64,000 nucleotides of DNA from Micromonosporaceae bacterium. Lineage in GTDB: Bacteria > Actinomycetota > Actinomycetes > Mycobacteriales > Micromonosporaceae. The translations under genes and the position numbers were made by a program. Below the pieces are notes generated by a model that did no database searches, was not told the DNA's origin, and saw only the letters and a list, made by a program, of their open reading frames with translations. Shown here piece by piece: positions 25,750 through 35,834 of the stretch. The stretch covers positions 1,885 to 65,884 of the forward strand of contig JAHRHA010000013.1 of the NCBI GenBank assembly GCA_020027875.1. Direction: 5' to 3'. Numbering within the stretch: position 1 is the stretch's first letter; every line of letters starts with the position of its first letter.

Positions 25750-27240
25750 ATGCTCAAGCTCCAGTCACGGGGTACCGCCGTGCGCGGCACCGCGTTGGCC
25801 GTAGGTCTTCTCGCCCTCACTGTGGCGCCCGCCTGGGCGGGGCCTGGCTCGGTGGGGCCGACCGTCAGCGTGTCCGGGGCGAGCCCTTTCGCCTCGTGCA
25901 CCGTCGATGATGTGTCCGGCCAGCCGGGCACCAACGTCCCCAACAGCGAGGTGGAGCCCTGGATCGCGGCGAGCACCGTGGACCGCAGCGGTGACGGCGC
26001 GAACGATGTCATCGTCGGGTATCAGCAGGACCGCTGGTCCAACGGCGGGTCCCGGGGCATCTACGCGAGTGTGCTCCATCAGGGGACGTATCAGCAGGTG
26101 GCGATCCCCGGCACGTCGGCGTGTGTCGGTGGCCTGAAGTACCCGCGTGCCACCGACCCGTGGGTGACGTTCTCGCCCAACGGCGACGCCTACTACTTCA
26201 CGTTGTCGACCAGCGCCGGCAACCTGTCCGCGATGCTGGTGAACAAGTCGACCGACGGCGGGCTGAACTGGTCGGCTCCGATCGTCCTCATCGACGAGGA
26301 CGACCCGGAAAACTTCAACGATAAGAACTCGATCACCGCGGATCCGTTCGACTCCAACTTCGTGTACGCGATTTGGGACCGCAGCCGCTTCCCCAGCGAC
26401 AAGCGGTACTCCCATTCGCTGTCCGGCTTCCCTCGGTCCTTCCGCAGTGACGCCTTCTTCTCCCGTACCACCGACGGCGGCGCGACGTGGGAGACGCCGC
26501 ATGCGATCTTTGTGCCAAATGCCAACCAGTTCGGCATCGGCCACCAGATCGCAGTCGTCCGTGCCGGCGCTCACCAGGGCCGGCTGGTCGACAGCTTCAC
26601 CCTCTTCCATGGGTCGGGGGCGAACAAGAAGGGGCAGGAGGTCGCGGTCATCGTCAGCGACGACCACGGCGCCACCTGGACGGATCCGATCACGGTCAGC
26701 AAGATGATTCCCGGCTTCATCAGCGACCCCGACGACGGCACCCCGCTGCGTACCGGCGACATCATCCCTGACATCGGCACCGGCCCGAACGGAGAGCTGT
26801 ACCTGGTCTGGCAGGAGCAGACGCTGGCGCCCTCCGGGTCGGCGATCGCGTTCTCATCCTCGCTTGACGGCGGGCAGACCTGGTCGACGCCGCGGCGGAT
26901 CAACACACGGCCGGACGTCCAGGCGTTCACCCCATCGGTCGAGGCGCTCGCCGACGGCACCATCGCAGTGACGCACTACGACCTGCGCTTCAACACGCCG
27001 AGCCCGGCCACGCTCCCCACCGACTACTGGTTCATCCACTCGCACGACGGAGGAGCCACGTGGACGGAGACGCGAGTCACGGCGCAGTCGTTCGACCACA
27101 AGCTGGCGCCGTTCGCCCGCGGGCTGTTCCTCGGCGACTACGCCGGCCTTACGGCGCGCGGCAGCGTGTTCCTTACCGCGTACGGCATCACAACTGCAAC
27201 CGATCCTGCCAACATCAACGTCACCGTCCTCACACCCTAA
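25750..27240 (+). CDS. secreted BNR/Asp-box repeat (sialidase-fold) protein
   Basis: Strong RBS AAAGGAGGA. Signal peptide. Asp-boxes STDGGLNW, TTDGGATW, SDDHGATW, SLDGGQTW, SHDGGATW. Confidence 0.85.
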   Translation: MLKLQSRGTAVRGTALAVGLLALTVAPAWAGPGSVGPTVSVSGASPFASCTVDDVSGQPGTNVPNSEVEPWIAASTVDRSGDGANDVIVGYQQDRWSNGGSRGIYASVLHQGTYQQVAIPGTSACVGGLKYPRATDPWVTFSPNGDAYYFTLSTSAGNLSAMLVNKSTDGGLNWSAPIVLIDEDDPENFNDKNSITADPFDSNFVYAIWDRSRFPSDKRYSHSLSGFPRSFRSDAFFSRTTDGGATWETPHAIFVPNANQFGIGHQIAVVRAGAHQGRLVDSFTLFHGSGANKKGQEVAVIVSDDHGATWTDPITVSKMIPGFISDPDDGTPLRTGDIIPDIGTGPNGELYLVWQEQTLAPSGSAIAFSSSLDGGQTWSTPRRINTRPDVQAFTPSVEALADGTIAVTHYDLRFNTPSPATLPTDYWFIHSHDGGATWTETRVTAQSFDHKLAPFARGLFLGDYAGLTARGSVFLTAYGITTATDPANINVTVLTP

Positions 27241-27331
27241 CGAAGCGCGCCGAACGCCACGCCCTCCAAGCCGTGAGCTGACGCAAGACGGCCGGAGCCG
27301 CACCCTCAGATCGAGGAGGTGGCTCCGGCCA

Positions 27332-27664
27332 TCAGACAGGGTCGAAGGTGGCGAACTCGTCGGGTGTCGGGCGTTGGAACCAGGTGGACACAGCTGGATT
27401 TCGCTCTCGGTGGCGCGGAACGTGCCGCTCGGGCGATCCGCGTTTCGAATCACAGACGCCGTAACAGCTCGTCGATCGGCGGGTCCAGCACACAGAGCAC
27501 TACCCGCGGAATGCGTCCAGGACCTCCCTATCCGCATCGCCGGGCAGCTCAAATAGCCACTCGTCGGCGGTCAACCGAAGCGCAGTGTGCTCAGGCTCCA
27601 GTTGCTTCGCTAGCGTCGTCTTGCCGGCCACCGGCAGTCCGCAGGTGATGAACAACGTGGCCAC
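27332..27664 (-). pseudogene. decayed P-loop kinase (AAA/zeta-toxin-like ATPase) gene
   Basis: 'VATLFITCGLPVAGKTTLAKQLE' Walker A, then an in-frame TAG at 27500..27502. Downstream family-like pieces ('VLCVLDPPIDELLRRL', 'IRNADRPSGTF', 'WFQRPTPDEFATFDPV*') lie in different frames. Confidence 0.55.
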
Positions 27665-27720
27665 GGGGCAGGTACCCTAACGGGGCAGACATAAGTCTCC
27701 TGGCCGGGCACCCTAGAACC

Positions 27721-28479
27721 GTGAGCCTCGACGGCATGGTTGTGTTGGTGACAGGCGGTTCTCGCGGCATCGGCCGTGCCGTGGTGGAACGGTTCGCCGC
27801 CGAGGGCGCAACACTCGTCGCACATTTTCGCGCTGATCGCCGCGCGGCGCAGGACACCCTCGCCGCGCTCCCGGCTGGCGACCACATGGCGGTGCAGGCC
27901 GATGTGGCCGACTCGGAACAAGCGCGGGCACTCGTACAAACGGTCATTGATTCGCTCGGACGAATCGATGTACTGGTAAACAACGCCGGCATCTACGAGG
28001 AGCATCGGATCCTCGAGACCAGCGCCGAGGAGTGGCAGCGAATATGGCGGCGCACCATCGACACCAACCTGATCGGCCCCGCAAATCTCATCCATGCCGT
28101 CGTGCCGCACATGGTGTCCGCAGGAGGCGGCCGAATCGTCAACATCTCGTCGCGGGGAGCGTTCCGGGGAGAGCCAAACTATCCCGCGTACGGGGCGAGC
28201 AAGGCGGGCCTGAACAGCCTCGGGCAGTCGCTCGCGCGGGCGCTCGGTCCGCATGGAATTTACGTGACCACTGTCGCGCCCGGATTCGTGGAAACCGACA
28301 TGGCCGCACCGTATCTCGACGGCCCGGCCGGCGAGGCGATCCGGGCGCAGAGCCCGCTCAACAGAGCGGCCACGCCCGACGAGGTCGCCCGCCTCGTCGT
28401 GTTCCTTGCATCGCCGGGCACTGAGTCCGCCACCGGCGCGATAGTCGACATCAACGGCGCCTCGTATCTCCGGACCTGA
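27721..28479 (+). CDS. SDR-family oxidoreductase (FabG-like)
   Basis: 'VLVTGGSRGIGRAV' cofactor motif and 'YGASKAGL' catalytic YxxxK. 252 aa. Confidence 0.9.
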   Translation: MSLDGMVVLVTGGSRGIGRAVVERFAAEGATLVAHFRADRRAAQDTLAALPAGDHMAVQADVADSEQARALVQTVIDSLGRIDVLVNNAGIYEEHRILETSAEEWQRIWRRTIDTNLIGPANLIHAVVPHMVSAGGGRIVNISSRGAFRGEPNYPAYGASKAGLNSLGQSLARALGPHGIYVTTVAPGFVETDMAAPYLDGPAGEAIRAQSPLNRAATPDEVARLVVFLASPGTESATGAIVDINGASYLRT

Positions 28480-28500
28480 CCAGTTCGTCATTCGTCTAGT

Positions 28501-28866
28501 GTGGCGGGTATGGAAGATCTCGCTCCCGACATCCTTCGACATCGACTGCTCATCGAGGGCTACTACACCATCGCGGTTGACGAGGCGGCGATCGCCAGCT
28601 ACTTCGAGACGCTCACCGGCGAGCTGTCGTTAAGGGCGTACGGCGCACCGACCATCTTCACCCCGAGCGGTCTGGGTCGCGCAGAAAATGAGGGCTACGA
28701 CGCGTTCATCCCGCTCATCGACTCCGGGATCTCGCTGTATGTGTGGACGTCCGCGAAATTCCTGGCCGTGGTGGTGTTTACCTGTAAGAGCTTCGACGCC
28801 GCCCATGCGGTTCAGACCACCCGCGACTTCTTCGGCATGTCCACGCTGGTCCATCAAGAGTTCTAG
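28501..28866 (+). CDS. S-adenosylmethionine decarboxylase-fold (SpeH-like) small protein
   Basis: 'LIDSGISLYVWTS...VVFTCKS' aligns by eye with SpeH 'ISESHLTIHTWPE...DLFTCGE'. Start is GTG 28501 or ATG 28510. Confidence 0.55.
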   Translation: MAGMEDLAPDILRHRLLIEGYYTIAVDEAAIASYFETLTGELSLRAYGAPTIFTPSGLGRAENEGYDAFIPLIDSGISLYVWTSAKFLAVVVFTCKSFDAAHAVQTTRDFFGMSTLVHQEF

Positions 28867-29049
28867 CTCCCATCGGGAAACCTGGTGACGCGCCCAGGGG
28901 TCGTCCAGGCATGAGAGCCGTCTGGAGCGTCCTGGCCGCGTGCCTCCTCGCGGGTTCACCATGGTGATCGTCTTCAGCGTTGAAGGGTGAATCGCGGCTT
29001 CGCCCCACTCGAATGTGCGGCGGCCGACCGGCAGTCGTAGCGTCGATCT

Positions 29050-30063
29050 GTGAGCGACGACATGCTGGCCTGGGAAGTGCGCGTACCTGGCCCAATGGCG
29101 ACCCGCCCGCTTCGTGCGGTGCGGCGTCCCGTGCCCGAGCCTGCCCCCGACGAGCTTCTGGTGCGGGTCACCGCCTGCGGGGTCTGCCGCACGGATCTTC
29201 ACCTGGCCGCGGGTGATCTGGCCCCGCGCCGGGAGGGCGTGGTGCCCGGGCACGAGATCGTGGGCGAGGTGGCTGCGACCGGCTCCGCGGTGGCCGGATG
29301 GAGCGTGGGTGACCGGGTGGGTATCGCCTGGCTGCGCCACACCTGTGGGGAGTGCGCGTTCTGCCGGCGCGGGGCGGAGAATCTGTGTCCGGACTCTCGA
29401 TACACGGGCTGGGATTCCGACGGCGGCTACGCACAGTTCGCGACTGTCCCGGCCGACTTCGCCTACCGGTTGCCGGCGAACTCCTCCGATGCGGAGCTGG
29501 CACCGCTGTTGTGCGCCGGGATCATCGGCTGGCGCGCTCTGCAGCGGGCAGAGCTGCCGCCGGGTGGCCGGCTAGGGATCTACGGCTTCGGAGCCTCGGC
29601 CCACCTGACCGCGCAGGTCGCGATAGCGCAGGGGGCACGGGTACACGTATTCACCCGCTCCGAGGCGGCGCGGCGTCTGGCCATCGAGTTGGGTGCGGCC
29701 TCCGCCGGCGAGTCGAATGCCGCGCCAGGAGAGTCGCTCGACGCGGCGATTGTCTTCGCGCCGGCGGGCGATCTCGTTCCAGTGGCGCTTGCCGCGCTTG
29801 ATCGTGGTGGCACGCTCGCCATGGCCGGCATTCACCTCACCGAGATTCCACCACTGGACTACGAGCGTCACCTGTTCCAGGAGCGCACGCTGCGCAGCGT
29901 CACGGCGAATGCCCGACAGGATGGTCGCGACTTTCTCGCCCACGTCGCGGTCCATCCGGTGCGTGTGGTCGTGACGCCGTACTCTTTGGACCGTGCCGAC
30001 CACGCACTGGCTGACCTCGCGGCCGATAGGGTGACCGGCGCGGCCGTACTGATCCCGACGTGA
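29050..30063 (+). CDS. zinc-dependent alcohol dehydrogenase family protein
   Basis: '[10 protein letters not shown]', 'GHEIVGEV' and the structural zinc '[15 protein letters not shown]' motifs. GTG start. Confidence 0.9.
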   Translation: MSDDMLAWEVRVPGPMATRPLRAVRRPVPEPAPDELLVRVTACGVCRTDLHLAAGDLAPRREGVVPGHEIVGEVAATGSAVAGWSVGDRVGIAWLRHTCGECAFCRRGAENLCPDSRYTGWDSDGGYAQFATVPADFAYRLPANSSDAELAPLLCAGIIGWRALQRAELPPGGRLGIYGFGASAHLTAQVAIAQGARVHVFTRSEAARRLAIELGAASAGESNAAPGESLDAAIVFAPAGDLVPVALAALDRGGTLAMAGIHLTEIPPLDYERHLFQERTLRSVTANARQDGRDFLAHVAVHPVRVVVTPYSLDRADHALADLAADRVTGAAVLIPT

Positions 30064-30101
30064 CAGATCGACGTCACTAGCCGTAGCGGAACGGAGATGC
30101 A

Positions 30102-30680
30102 GTGAACCGAATGCTGATGACGGTGGCCGTCTCCCTCTGTGCGGTGGCGTTGGCAGGCGCCTGCTCGTCATCGTCGGGGACGGGTTCGTCAACGCCGGAG
30201 GCGGTGCCGACAGTGTGGCCGCTACCTGCCGATGTGTCCGCGGCGGCCCAGAAAGCCGGACTGCCGATGCTCGACCGAGAGATGCTTGCGGTGCATTATC
30301 ACTCCCATGTGGATGTGATCGTGCGCGGCGTACGAGTTCAGGTTCCCGCGGGCATCGGCATCGATGTCGCCAAGCATCTCATCTCGCCGCTGCACACCCA
30401 TGACACAACTGGGATCGTGCACATCGAGTCGGCCGAAGAGATTCCTTTCACGCTCGGCCAGTTCTTCACGGAATGGGGTCAGCCGTTGACGTCCACGCGG
30501 GTCGGGCCAGTGGTCGCGACGGACGGTGAGCAGGTTCGGGTGTACCGCAACGGCACCGTGGTGCGCACCGATCCGGCGACCCTCAGGTTCACCGCGCACG
30601 CCGAGATCGTTGTTTGGCTGGGGCCGGCCGGTGAGAAGCCGCAGGTGCCGGCTGCGTACGAGTTCCCGGACGGCCTTTAG
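30102..30680 (+). CDS. secreted protein / probable lipoprotein, hypothetical
   Basis: Signal sequence 'MLMTVAVSLCAVALAGAC' followed by a Ser/Gly-rich linker. No recognisable catalytic motif. Confidence 0.65.
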   Translation: MNRMLMTVAVSLCAVALAGACSSSSGTGSSTPEAVPTVWPLPADVSAAAQKAGLPMLDREMLAVHYHSHVDVIVRGVRVQVPAGIGIDVAKHLISPLHTHDTTGIVHIESAEEIPFTLGQFFTEWGQPLTSTRVGPVVATDGEQVRVYRNGTVVRTDPATLRFTAHAEIVVWLGPAGEKPQVPAAYEFPDGL

Positions 30681-30760
30681 CTGCGCGCCCGAGCGGGGGG
30701 CGCGAAGACTTGTACGGAGTTGCGTCGATCAAGGTCAGCTCTGGAAGGACGTGACAGGCG

Positions 30761-32122
30761 ATGGTGACCGCGGAGGTGGACGTCGCCGTCGTCGGCATGG
30801 GTGTCGGCGGCGAGGAGGTAGCCGGAAGGCTCGCCGAGGCGGGTCTGGCCGTGGTGGGAATCGAGAGCCGGCTCGTGGGCGGCGAGTGCCCGTACTACGG
30901 CTGCGTGCCGAGCAAGATGATGATCCGCGCGGCGAACCTGCTCGCCGAGGCTCGACGGATCCCGGGCATGGCCGGCGAGTCCGAGGTCCGGCCCGACTGG
31001 GCCCCAGTCGCGCGGAGGATCCGGGAGGAGGCTACCGACAACTGGAACGACAAGGTCGCCGTGGACCGGTTCACCGATAAGGGAGGCCAATTCCGCCGCG
31101 GCTTCGGGCGGGTAACCGGTCACGGCCGGGTCGAGGTCGACGGCGAAACCTTCCTCGCTCGACGCGCTGTGGTTCTGGGGGTTGGTACGGCGCCCGCGGT
31201 CCCGCCGATCGAGGGTCTCTCCGACACTCCCTATTGGACTAACCGAGAGGCGATTGAGGCAGAAACCCTGCCCGCGTCGATGCTGGTGCTGGGCGGTGGC
31301 GCCATCGGCCTGGAGTTGGCCCAGGCGTACGCCCGGTTCGGCGTAACCGTCACGGTGGTAGAGGCGCTCGACCGGTTGCTCGCCATCGAGGAACCGGAGT
31401 CGTCGGTGCTGGCCGCCGCTGCACTTGCCAGGGACGGCATCGCGATCCGTACTGGTGCCAAGGCGGTCCTCGTGGCGCACGACGGCGCAGAGTTCGCCCT
31501 CACCCTTGACGACGGCACCCGGTTGACGGCCGAGCGGCTGCTCGTCGCCACCGGCCGCCGTGCCAACCTCAACGACCTCGGCATCGATTCCATCGGACTC
31601 GACCCGACCGCGCATGGGATCACGGTTGACGACCGGATGCGGGCAGCGGAGGACGTATGGGCCGTCGGCGACGTCACCGGCCGGGGCGCATTCACGCACG
31701 TTGCTATGTACCAGGCCGGCATCGCAGTCCGCGACATCCTTGGCCGGGACGGCCCACCGGCGGACTACCGTGCCTTGCCCCGGGTGACATTCACCGATCC
31801 GGAGATCGGCGGCGTTGGTCTGACGGAGGCGCAGGCGCGGGAGGCGGGGGTGCGGGTACAGGTCGGCCTGACCAACCTTCCGTCGTCGGCCCGCGGCTGG
31901 ATCCACAAGGCCGGCAACGACGGGTTCATCAAGCTCGTCGCCGACGCCGACCGCGGCATGTTGGTCGGCGCCACGTCGGCCGGCCCTGTCGGCGGTGAGG
32001 TGCTGGCCGGGCTCGCCGTTGCGATGCACGGCCGGGTGCCCGTCGACCGGCTTCGCCACATGATCTATGCCTACCCGACGTTCCACCGGGCAATCGAGGA
32101 CGCGCTGCGCGACCTGTCCTGA
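30761..32122 (+). CDS. pyridine nucleotide-disulfide oxidoreductase (dihydrolipoamide dehydrogenase/mercuric reductase family)
   Basis: 'VAVVGMGVGGEEVA' FAD motif, redox-active 'GGECPYYGCVPSK', second Rossmann 'MLVLGGGAIGLELA', C-terminal dimerisation domain. Confidence 0.9.
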   Translation: MVTAEVDVAVVGMGVGGEEVAGRLAEAGLAVVGIESRLVGGECPYYGCVPSKMMIRAANLLAEARRIPGMAGESEVRPDWAPVARRIREEATDNWNDKVAVDRFTDKGGQFRRGFGRVTGHGRVEVDGETFLARRAVVLGVGTAPAVPPIEGLSDTPYWTNREAIEAETLPASMLVLGGGAIGLELAQAYARFGVTVTVVEALDRLLAIEEPESSVLAAAALARDGIAIRTGAKAVLVAHDGAEFALTLDDGTRLTAERLLVATGRRANLNDLGIDSIGLDPTAHGITVDDRMRAAEDVWAVGDVTGRGAFTHVAMYQAGIAVRDILGRDGPPADYRALPRVTFTDPEIGGVGLTEAQAREAGVRVQVGLTNLPSSARGWIHKAGNDGFIKLVADADRGMLVGATSAGPVGGEVLAGLAVAMHGRVPVDRLRHMIYAYPTFHRAIEDALRDLS

Positions 32123-32143
32123 CGCGCTGGCGGCGGTGGCCCC

Positions 32144-33448
32144 TCAGGAGCTGAGGCCGACCGTCACGGCGAGCGCCAGCACCGCCGCTGCGATGGGGCC
32201 GGCGTACAGGGCCGCGAGTGCTGCACACACCTGCCGACCACCGGCGGCCAGCGCCAGCGCTAGTTTCACCACGGTGTTCACACCCACTGCCGACATGGCG
32301 GCGAGCGCTGCCGTCTGCACGGTGAGATTGCCGGCGGACGACAGCGTCGCCGCGGTGAGCGCGCCCGCATGCGCATCCGCGAGGCCGGCCGCGGAGACGG
32401 CAAGGATCGCACCGCCACGGCCGAGGACGTCGTTGGCGAAGGCGGCCACGACGAGGAGCGTGGTGAGGATGGCTGCGAGCAGGAGCGCGGGGATGAGGGC
32501 GAACGGGCGGCGTCCGGCGAGGCCGGGCGCGGTCGGCTCGCGGCTGGGTGCGGTCGTCTCCCGGCTAGCCGGGGTCGTCTCCGTGGCGTTGGCCGGCTCG
32601 GTCGGCTCCGGCCGGCGGCGCAGCGTTAGCCAGGCAGCTTCGCCGGCGAGCACCGCGGCGCCCAGAGCCGCCGCAGGCGCCAGCATCGCCGCGACCCGAC
32701 CGTCCGCTACGGCGGTCACCACGACCAGCTGGACCAGCGTGGCGACACTGGCCAATAGCGCCGCCGCGAGGGCCGGCCGATAGAGCTCGGGTGTCTTGGC
32801 GATCCGGGCCATCGCACCCGTGGTAGCCGCGCCCGACACGAAGCCGCCGGCGAGGCCAGCGACGGGAAGCCCACGACGGGGGCCGAGCATCCGAACGGCG
32901 ACATAGCCCAGCCAACCAAGGGCGGTGACGGCGACGACGAGAGCCCAGATCATGCGGGGATCGATGACCCCGTACGGGCCGAGATGCGCACGTGGCACCA
33001 ACGGCAGCACGACAAACGCGACCACGAAGAACTTCAGCGCGTCGGTCATCTCGACGTCGGTGACGTTCTCCCGGACGAACCGGTGCAGCCGATCCTTCGA
33101 CAACAGGACGACCGCGGTCGCGACGCCGGCGCCGGCCGCGAGCGCCGGAGCGGTGGTGGCGAGACCACCGAGACCTGCGGTGAGCACCAGCGCGACCTCG
33201 GTAGTGGCGCCGAGGTCGTCAGGCTTGGAGCGGGCGTACCCAACCGCCATGAAGGCGGCGACACTGAGCACGGTCGCCGCGAGCACCACGGGGTGGATGA
33301 ACGCGGCCAGGCAGCCCGCGAGCGCAGCCAGGCCGAAGGTGCGCACGCCGGCGGTTATGCCACCGTGGCCACTCCGCTCACGCTCGGACCCGATCAGCAG
33401 CCCAATCGCGAGCGCGACCGCCGCAGACTGCCACGCCGCCGTTCCCAT
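32144..33448 (-). CDS. MgtC/SapB-family plus DUF4010-like integral membrane protein
   Basis: 'LAIGLLIGSERE' MgtC-type N-terminus and many TM helices. ATG at 33448 lies 7 nt after GGAGG. The upstream 387 codons of the track ORF were rejected. Confidence 0.8.
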   Translation of the reverse strand: MGTAAWQSAAVALAIGLLIGSERERSGHGGITAGVRTFGLAALAGCLAAFIHPVVLAATVLSVAAFMAVGYARSKPDDLGATTEVALVLTAGLGGLATTAPALAAGAGVATAVVLLSKDRLHRFVRENVTDVEMTDALKFFVVAFVVLPLVPRAHLGPYGVIDPRMIWALVVAVTALGWLGYVAVRMLGPRRGLPVAGLAGGFVSGAATTGAMARIAKTPELYRPALAAALLASVATLVQLVVVTAVADGRVAAMLAPAAALGAAVLAGEAAWLTLRRRPEPTEPANATETTPASRETTAPSREPTAPGLAGRRPFALIPALLLAAILTTLLVVAAFANDVLGRGGAILAVSAAGLADAHAGALTAATLSSAGNLTVQTAALAAMSAVGVNTVVKLALALAAGGRQVCAALAALYAGPIAAAVLALAVTVGLSS

Positions 33449-33676
33449 CACGTTTCCTCCCACAACGAATTTCATGGCTTCCCCGAGCCGCCTCCACGAG
33501 CCGCTGGCCCGTGCCAACCACCGTGCGAGCGATCGTCGCACGCTCAGATCGGGAACGACATTCGGAGGGAGGGTCAGGACGACTGGGTTATCCACAGGTT
33601 GGCGAGGGCCTCTTGCGGACCCGGGTTCGTGGCATCGACGCTCTTGGGCGACACCACGCCAGCGGAGAGGAACGTG

Positions 33677-34597
33677 ATGACCACCCAGGTTCGGTTCGTC
33701 GTCCCGGTAACGACAACGTCGTTGTTCTTGATCGTCGCCGACCGACCGCCGAGTCCATTCGCGCCAGCGGCACAGGATGGCCCGCAGCCGGGTGCTGTGG
33801 TGTGGGCTGGACACGAGTCGCCATTCGACGTGCGGCAGGTGTGGCGGTTTGCGAACTGGGAGGATCCGCTGCCGCCGCCGTCGGCGTACCACGTCGTGGT
33901 CTGGGCGACGGCACCCATCAGCGACCAGCCGCGGGTCGCGCAGCACGCCCGCGCCTACGCTCGCGTGCTCGCTGCCCAGACCGATGGCGTGCTGATCGAC
34001 TGGGCGACGCATGAGGCCGTGGTCGCGGCGCGGCGGCCCGAGCGAGCGCGGTTTCACCTGGGCGACGAATGGCTCAGCTTTGAGTTTGTTGTCTACGAGG
34101 ACCGGCACGCAGAAATAGCGCAGCGCGAGCCGTGGGACGACGAGCCACGGGCGGACGACGCGTGCGCGGCCAACCGCATCCAGACATGCGGACTGGCCAG
34201 GTTCGGCCTTCCCGAACTGGAGATCGATGGCGTCGACTGCGAGCACCACCTCACGGCGGTCAACGTGCTGCGAACTCTCGCGCAGCACCTGCTCACGGAG
34301 CACTGGGCGTGGCTCTCGGGCCGGGCAGCGTTGCCGGGCCGGGCCGTGACACGCCGAATCGCGGCGCGCCAGCAAGTCACCGGGACCACGTTCGCGGCGT
34401 ACTTGGGGGCTTCGTGGCCGCCCGACTGCGCCTTCGCGGCCTCGCTCACGGTGAGCGGTCGGCTGCTCCAGGTGCATGCGCCGTGTGGGGGACCTCTCAA
34501 CGACTGGCTCGCCGGCATCTGGACGTACCTGCGGTCGCTGGCCGGATGCCGGCCCGACGACTTCGAGGCATACGCCGAGCTGCTGCCGCGCAGCTAG
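33677..34597 (+). CDS. hypothetical protein
   Basis: ATG at 33677 after GGAGAGG, in frame with track ORF 32984..34597. 306 aa with balanced composition and no recognised motif. Confidence 0.55.
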   Translation: MTTQVRFVVPVTTTSLFLIVADRPPSPFAPAAQDGPQPGAVVWAGHESPFDVRQVWRFANWEDPLPPPSAYHVVVWATAPISDQPRVAQHARAYARVLAAQTDGVLIDWATHEAVVAARRPERARFHLGDEWLSFEFVVYEDRHAEIAQREPWDDEPRADDACAANRIQTCGLARFGLPELEIDGVDCEHHLTAVNVLRTLAQHLLTEHWAWLSGRAALPGRAVTRRIAARQQVTGTTFAAYLGASWPPDCAFAASLTVSGRLLQVHAPCGGPLNDWLAGIWTYLRSLAGCRPDDFEAYAELLPRS

Positions 34598-34634
34598 CCG
34601 TCGGGCCACGGCACGCGGACGTAGGAGTAGGCGG

Positions 34635-35834
34635 TCAGGACGAGGCCAGTGCCGCGGCGGGCGGGACCAGGCTCGCCCGCACCGCCGGGTAGAGCCCGGC
34701 CAACGCTCCGATGATCAGCGTCGCCGCGAAGCCACCGAGCGTCGCCCATGCGGGAACGACGGGGGACCACCCCCGGGTCAGGGCGTAGGCGCCGGTCACC
34801 CCGATGCCCAGCATCACCCCACCGCCCCCGCCCATGCCCGCCAGCAGCATCGATTCGCTGAAGAACTGGATGCGGATGTGGCCGCGAGTGGCGCCAAGCG
34901 CTCGCCGCAGACCGATCTCGGCACGCCGTTCGAGCACCGAAATGACCATTGTGTTGGCAACGCCCACCCCGCCAACGAGCAGGGCCACGCCACCCAACCC
35001 CAGCAGGAGGGCGGTGAGCGTGGCGTCGGTGGCCTGCTTCGCGGCGAGCACATCGGATGGGCGGGAGACTGCCACCTCGTGCTGCTTTCGCGGGTTCGCG
35101 GTCGGCGCCAACACCGAGCGCACCGCCGCCACCTGGCTCTCGACGACCCGCACATAGACGGTTGTCGGGTGACCATCGAAATGCGCGTACGTCTTTGCCG
35201 CCGGCCAGCCGATGAGAGCGGCCGTGTCCAGTTCTGGGGCCAACGGGACCGGGTCGAGAACTCCCACGACGCCGTACCATTGCCCGCCCAGCCACACCTG
35301 CACCCCGGGGCCGCGCAGATCCAGTCTCTGGGCGGCGCGGGCGCCGAGCACGACGGCCGGATAGGTCGCTGTCGCGGGATTCAGCCAGGAGCCGGAGTGC
35401 AGCGTTGCGCGTACCGTGCCGACCAAATCCCGATCGACGGCGAGTACGGCGATGCTGCCAGTCTGGCCGGCCGGAATGTGATCGTTGCGGTATACATGCA
35501 CGTCGACGCGTCCGGTCGCGGCGACCGCCTCGACCGGCCCGATCCGGCTGATCATCTGCACCGACTCGACCGGCAGCTTAGCGTCGTCGCCGAACAGCGT
35601 GCTCCCAGGCGCGACCGTGAGCAGGTTGGTACCCAGCCGGCTGAGCGTGCGGTCCAGGTCCGCGCGGCTGGATGCGGAGATGCCCACGACGGCGAGCATC
35701 GCGCCGATACCAATGGCGATGCCAAGCGCCGAGAGGAAGACGCGTAGCGAACGCGAGCGTAGGCCGACCGCGCCCAGGCGGGCGATGTCGGACACGCTCA
35801 GCCGGATCGCCCGTGGCCGTTTATTCGTGGTCAT
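34635..35834 (-). CDS. ABC transporter permease, MacB/FtsX type
   Basis: N-terminal TM, large extracytoplasmic domain, C-terminal FtsX-like 3-TM bundle ('[18 protein letters not shown]'). Confidence 0.9.
   Translation of the reverse strand: MTTNKRPRAIRLSVSDIARLGAVGLRSRSLRVFLSALGIAIGIGAMLAVVGISASSRADLDRTLSRLGTNLLTVAPGSTLFGDDAKLPVESVQMISRIGPVEAVAATGRVDVHVYRNDHIPAGQTGSIAVLAVDRDLVGTVRATLHSGSWLNPATATYPAVVLGARAAQRLDLRGPGVQVWLGGQWYGVVGVLDPVPLAPELDTAALIGWPAAKTYAHFDGHPTTVYVRVVESQVAAVRSVLAPTANPRKQHEVAVSRPSDVLAAKQATDATLTALLLGLGGVALLVGGVGVANTMVISVLERRAEIGLRRALGATRGHIRIQFFSESMLLAGMGGGGGVMLGIGVTGAYALTRGWSPVVPAWATLGGFAATLIIGALAGLYPAVRASLVPPAAALASS

Noticed and set aside
30677-32086. 469-aa minus-strand ORF
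   Set aside because: It lies exactly antisense to the well-supported pyridine nucleotide-disulfide oxidoreductase (30761..32122). It has no motifs and an Arg/Gly/Pro-rich composition.
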